Assembly (NCBI GenBank): GCA_002811645.1
Contig: PDIP01000089.1
Coordinates: forward strand, 1 to 45,183
DNA: 45,183 bases
Source of the DNA: Corallochytrium limacisporum Hawaii
Lineage: Eukaryota; Protista; Pluriformea
Reading direction: 5' to 3'
The notes beneath the pieces were generated by a model, which was not told the origin of the DNA, did not search any database, and saw only the letters and a program-made list of their open reading frames with translations. Position 1 is the first letter of the stretch, and each line of letters begins with the position of its first letter. Shown here in pieces: positions 40,590-45,183 of this stretch. A program made the translations under genes and the position numbers.

Positions 40590-43310
40590 ATGGAAGTCTC
40601 GGATCACGGAGAGACGCACGTTGAGTCATCCTCTGTGAGCACCGACAACAGCAAGCGGCGAGACGGAGACAGTTCAAGCATTGATTCAGACTTTTATCTG
40701 TATCGGTGGCAACCACAGGAACCTACCCATAAATCAGTAGTCTGGCAGGACGCGGTCTGTCCAACACACGGTCCCAGCAGCGGAAAGTTCCTCCGACAAT
40801 TGCAAACCGAAAGAGAGTCCGAAAAAAGCCGGGCAATCGCAGCCAAATTGCTCGACCGGGATTTCTGGGAAGTTGATCAGCACCCAGAGACTGCTTTCGA
40901 CTTTGAAAGTCGGTTCAAGTACAACGCACCCCCCATCCGAGAGACAGCACAGCAGCTGGCCGAGGGAGACGACGAGACCTACGTCAAGGATCCACAGAGC
41001 GGGATAGCAGGGCAACAGACACGAGAAGCCACTGCTCATCACGTACCTACGACCGCTACGACCGGGTCCACGCCTCAGCGGCAACCTTACGAATCAACCA
41101 GCAGAACGCAGCCACGGACGAACATAGGTCGGTCTCCTGTTCTCAAACACTCATTGCATTCGCTCAGTCAACACATTCAGTCGCTAATTGATAACAGGGC
41201 TTCGGACACTAAACGGCGAACCGACAACAACAAGGACGGCAGCAGCACACCATTTGACACTCACACCTACTCCATGAGGTCTCCGTTTGCACAGCGCTCC
41301 GAGACCCTACCCGGTGGATCATCCTCAATCAGGCCCCACAGTCCCGTCACCATGAGCGCTGCCTCACCCGGCCGACAGACTGCTCTAAACGCCAGTCAGA
41401 TATACGAGGGGCAGCTCAAGCACGTCATGCAGGACATTGATGACATGGTGGCCGGACGCCGCAAGGATTGGGACCACACAGTGAGCCGTCTGAAGCAGGC
41501 AGTCACCGATCGGGACATGCAGCTCGCGGAGCAGGAACGTCGGCACCGGGGAAGATTAGATCAGCAGCAGCGGGAGCTGAACGACGCCAACGCCAAAGCT
41601 ATGCGCTATGGTGACGAAGTAGCACGACTTCGGGAAGAATTGCATGCCATGAACCAGCAGGTAAAAGAGTATGAATCCACACAGAATCGCCGCCTATCGG
41701 ACCTGAAGCAGGAGCTAAGCGGACTGCGGAATCGCTATGAGACGTCCAGCCGGCAATTGAGAGAAATGAAGGACGACCTTTCGCACAAGAATTCGGAGAT
41801 TGGGAGTCTGAAGAGCCGTCTGGGCCGCAAGGATGATCTTACATCTGATCTGAAGCGCCAGGCAGATGCTACAAAGCGCGAGGTGGAGAGCATGCAGGCC
41901 CTGCTGGACGCTCAGAAGAAGCACACAAGTTCTCTGTCTGAACAAACCAAGAAGGCCGAAGAGATGGCCGACAAGGCGCGCAAGGAGACGGACCGTGCTC
42001 GTCGGGAGGTGGCGGATTTGCGTAGTGAGAGGGATAGGCTCGAGAAGGAGATGGCAGAGCTGGAGGCCCGAAATAAGGAATTGCAAGGCCGGACTCGTAG
42101 CACGGAGCGCAAGCGCTACGACGAATTGTCGGAGTTCAAGCGCCTTTACGATAGTGCTAAGACAGAAATGAACGGAGTGACCAGGGCTCTGGACGAGCGT
42201 AATCGTGCACTGAGGAGTGTGAATTCAATTGCACAGACCCTGCTCCGCAAGATTGATGCCGTCAGCTTCCAGGACGGTGGATTGGAACGCAGTATGAACG
42301 CCTCGTCAACTGCTCCCACCGCTGCGGATCAGACCTACAATACCGGTGATGACGCTCTGGCCGAAAATGACCTGACCAATGCGATCAGCGCCGTCCGTTC
42401 CGTGGTGGACCGCTTCGACCTAGTAGAGGCCGCCTTTGCCCGACGCAATGAAGAACGAAACCAGACCCGCACCGAATTGGCCCGTCAGTCTCAGAAGATT
42501 ACCGACCAGGACGAGGAGATCCTGTCTCTGCGTGCCCAGTTGGACAAGGCCGTGGACCAAGCACGGTCCGCTGCCTACGACATTCGCAACCACGCACTAC
42601 CGCCGTGGCAGATGTACCCGCCTTACGCAGGTACGAGTGCCAACACGGTGGGCCAGGCCTACGAATCACAATATCTTCGTGAAAAGCTCAGCTCCCTTGA
42701 GCAGGAGATAAAACAGAGCCGACCCGGACGGCCGGGTGGACTATGGGGCGAAGAGCACCCGACAGAAACCCTGGATCAGGCCAAGGAACGCATGAAGCTT
42801 GCCCTTGAAAACGAGACCCTTAAGGAGAAGCTCCATGCGGTTGAGGGCCGTCAGGTCGTCCAGCGTGAATCTGACGAGCAGCGATTCCGTGAGGAAGTCA
42901 TGAAAATCCGTGAGGACGCGGAGAAGCGTATGGCTGTGATGCAGGACTCGCTTGAGGCTGCTGTGCGGCTCTCCCGTGAACGCTCCACACGGCTGGAAAA
43001 AGAAGTCACTGACCTGCGCAGTCGATTGCGTCTCTACAGTAGTAGTGCTGCTGGTGGCGGGGCCTCTCCGGGACACTCTCCGGATCATCCTGCGCTCCGG
43101 CAGCAGTACACGTCATCTCCAGGAGCTGGAGCTGCCAGCGCAAACACCACAAGCATGTTCTCTGAGGCAGGCGCGAGCAATCCCGTGAAGGAACTTGAGG
43201 ACATTATGAACCAACACATGGCTGCCATGCGCAACACAGTGGCTCCCTTACAGCAACCATCGCCGTCTGAGCAAGATGGAGAGAAACAACAAGAGCAATC
43301 CTCATCGTAG
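40590..43310 (+). CDS. Long coiled-coil protein, CEP63/DEUP1-like
   Basis: 906 aa. YEGQLKHVMQDIDDMVAGRRKDWDHTVSRLKQAVTDRDMQL aligns by eye without gaps to the remembered CEP63 N-terminus [41 protein letters not shown]. The C-terminal LEDIMNQHMAAMR resembles ILERLDAHIEELK. Confidence 0.7.
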   Translation: MEVSDHGETHVESSSVSTDNSKRRDGDSSSIDSDFYLYRWQPQEPTHKSVVWQDAVCPTHGPSSGKFLRQLQTERESEKSRAIAAKLLDRDFWEVDQHPETAFDFESRFKYNAPPIRETAQQLAEGDDETYVKDPQSGIAGQQTREATAHHVPTTATTGSTPQRQPYESTSRTQPRTNIGRSPVLKHSLHSLSQHIQSLIDNRASDTKRRTDNNKDGSSTPFDTHTYSMRSPFAQRSETLPGGSSSIRPHSPVTMSAASPGRQTALNASQIYEGQLKHVMQDIDDMVAGRRKDWDHTVSRLKQAVTDRDMQLAEQERRHRGRLDQQQRELNDANAKAMRYGDEVARLREELHAMNQQVKEYESTQNRRLSDLKQELSGLRNRYETSSRQLREMKDDLSHKNSEIGSLKSRLGRKDDLTSDLKRQADATKREVESMQALLDAQKKHTSSLSEQTKKAEEMADKARKETDRARREVADLRSERDRLEKEMAELEARNKELQGRTRSTERKRYDELSEFKRLYDSAKTEMNGVTRALDERNRALRSVNSIAQTLLRKIDAVSFQDGGLERSMNASSTAPTAADQTYNTGDDALAENDLTNAISAVRSVVDRFDLVEAAFARRNEERNQTRTELARQSQKITDQDEEILSLRAQLDKAVDQARSAAYDIRNHALPPWQMYPPYAGTSANTVGQAYESQYLREKLSSLEQEIKQSRPGRPGGLWGEEHPTETLDQAKERMKLALENETLKEKLHAVEGRQVVQRESDEQRFREEVMKIREDAEKRMAVMQDSLEAAVRLSRERSTRLEKEVTDLRSRLRLYSSSAAGGGASPGHSPDHPALRQQYTSSPGAGAASANTTSMFSEAGASNPVKELEDIMNQHMAAMRNTVAPLQQPSPSEQDGEKQQEQSSS

Positions 43311-43433
43311 ATCCGGGTAGAAGTTCCAAATTAAAAACTCCAACGCCTTTTCTTTAAAAGCTTAGGCACATCACTCTCGATCTTGCTACGAAACCAAATA
43401 AAGTGCGAAATGTAACTCATTGCATCGAAAGAT

Positions 43434-44624
43434 CTAGCGTGTCCCTTTCTTGCCCCGTCGCACTGGCTGTGAAATTCTCAGTTCACGTATTCTACAGGCC
43501 GCCCGACAGTGGGTCAGGCAGGTTGTGTAGGTTAGAAAGAGAGCTTTGCAGATCATGGCATAGTTCTCCTGCATGCTTCCCATAGTCGCCAATATGCAGT
43601 TATTCTTATGTTCCAAGGACCTGGCAAGGACGCAACCACAGCAACAAGTGTCATTCCGTATGGTCGGCGATGCGGAAGACTTCTGGTACTGTTTCGGACA
43701 GGTCTCGATGGCGTCCCTTGACACGTATGGTGTCACGGAGTGGACTTCGTCCAGCAGTTGTACAAGCAGAGCGGTGTCGACACTCGCCTCCCTGGCCCGT
43801 TCCACCGCCTCTCTCTGCTCGATGGCCGCCCTCACTCTCTGATCTTCACGAAAGTCTGGCGGGGCCTTGGACTGGCCTTGCATGAGCAGGTACGCGTTCT
43901 GATGCAGTACAGACTGTGCGCGCAGTTGAGCCATTAAGCAGGATAGCAGTTGGTAGAGTACGGCATTGCGAACCTCTGTCACCATCGCAGCCGACTTCAT
44001 GATAGCAATACTGAACTTTAAGGGGACTCCACCGGCAGATTCGGAAGTGGTTGAACTGCTAACGAAAAGGATGCAAACTTGGATCAAGTGTAGGATAAGT
44101 GGCCTGTAGATCTTGTGAACACTGTTCCTCTGGGCCAGGAGGCTCATTAGACGGGCGAATCCCTCACTCATCTGTTGCCATGGTTGTGTTTTGCCAAGAT
44201 CTACGGACCATGTGTGGGTGACAATGATGCGCAAGACCTGCAGTGATTCTTCTACAGAGTTGACGAGAAGGTCAAAGTCTCCGGCCGCAAGCTGCTTCTG
44301 CTGCAGAGCAATGGGAATGTATTTGGCGATGAGCAGAGGTTGTGCTAGAGTCAGGGTCCACTGATTTACGACTAGTTCCTTGGGCGTCTCGTCTCCATCT
44401 TCACTGTTTCTTGTCCGTTCTCGGACAAGCTGAACACGCAGTTTCATGTTCTCCGCTTTTAACTCCCGAACAGCGCTACACAGGGCTCCTCGATATGATC
44501 GGTATCGCATGCTGATCTGCCACAGGAAAGGCCCAATTGGTTCTCCATTCGGCACATTGTAGTGAAGAATGGCTGCTAGTGCAATTAAATTTGGAATATT
44601 ATGGGCTCCTTTCAATCCTTCCAT
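43434..44624 (-). CDS. MEI4: Meiotic double-strand-break factor MEI4/Rec24-like
   Basis: N-terminal LIALAAILHYNVP...SAVRELKAENMKLRVQLV aligns by eye without gaps to remembered human MEI4 KLALALAIIRSKP...SKVEILEAEVMQLRQKLL. Helical body and similar length (~396 aa from ATG 44624). Confidence 0.65.
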   Translation of the reverse strand: MEGLKGAHNIPNLIALAAILHYNVPNGEPIGPFLWQISMRYRSYRGALCSAVRELKAENMKLRVQLVRERTRNSEDGDETPKELVVNQWTLTLAQPLLIAKYIPIALQQKQLAAGDFDLLVNSVEESLQVLRIIVTHTWSVDLGKTQPWQQMSEGFARLMSLLAQRNSVHKIYRPLILHLIQVCILFVSSSTTSESAGGVPLKFSIAIMKSAAMVTEVRNAVLYQLLSCLMAQLRAQSVLHQNAYLLMQGQSKAPPDFREDQRVRAAIEQREAVERAREASVDTALLVQLLDEVHSVTPYVSRDAIETCPKQYQKSSASPTIRNDTCCCGCVLARSLEHKNNCILATMGSMQENYAMICKALFLTYTTCLTHCRAACRIRELRISQPVRRGKKGTR

Positions 44625-45107
44625 CTGTGCGCAATATTTGTCCGGAACACTGATCAAAACCTGGGCACCGACACTTTACATCGTATACCACTACATTTTC
44701 AGGTGCAAAAGTAAATTTGTCTCTCTTCACATAGCCTTGGAAGTCCACAAAGATCATATTCAACGCAGACGAATAATGTGCCCTTAATGCGCACACCACC
44801 GTGTGTTCCGGTGTCCGTCACCCCCAATCTCCGCATCGCCGGCTTCGCAAGTGAGACCCGCCGGCACGTTCCCTTTCCTTTTTATCTTTTTTCCAAACTT
44901 TTCGCTCCCTTGCTTTGCCCAAAACCCAGGCTTCTCTTTAATACCAGTCCGTATATTATACACAACCAACCCCCAACCCAAAACCCCTATTGCCTGTGCC
45001 CAATAATACTCGGGGGAACATTCGCTACCTTACATCATCGATCGCGGTCCTGAGACTTTGAACACTGACGCGCTAAAAATCTCTTCGTCCCTATCTCTAC
45101 GACCGTA

Positions 45108-45183
45108 CCACCCTCTGTCTGGGAATATTGTATCAAATCTACTCATTTTGATTTAGCTCTGCCGTCGCTTGGGAGAGCGGGAA
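45108..45183 (+). mobile_element. Terminus of a second, diverged copy of the TA-flanked TIR transposon family, truncated by the window end
   Basis: TA (45106-07) followed by CCACCCTCTGTCT, 13/13 identical to the TIR at 4713/6027. It continues AATATT...AATCTA.TCA...GCGGGAA, colinear with the inward sequence of the 6027 end. Confidence 0.75.

Overview
Left end of a eukaryotic chromosome. It opens with (TAACCC)6 telomere repeats and carries about 14 apparently intronless, tightly packed genes: an Erf4/Golgin-A7-like protein ending 60 bp from the telomere, an SLC6/NSS transporter, Rix1/PELP1, a CocE/NonD hydrolase, a small membrane protein, TFB4, a Sis1/DNAJB J-protein, an RRG7-like Mrr-fold protein, a 1510-aa ASNSD1, EMC7, an SDIR1-like RING-H2 ligase, Mog1, RPA34, a CEP63/DEUP1-like coiled-coil protein and a MEI4-like protein. 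TTAGGG telomeres, no visible introns and animal-type CEP63/MEI4 suggest an intron-poor unicellular holozoan such as Corallochytrium (inference only). Not visible in the ORF track is a TA-flanked Tc1/mariner-type transposon family with Stowaway-like TIRs (TA|CCACCCTCTGTCT): one ~1.3-kb copy at 4713-6027 with its interior lost in an N gap, and a diverged end at 45108 where the window stops. Two multi-kb gene-free tracts (13.3-19.9 kb, pseudogene-like; 30.9-36.5 kb, microsatellite and G/C-run rich) interrupt the gene packing. All homology calls come from remembered motifs and by-eye alignment; no database search was run.
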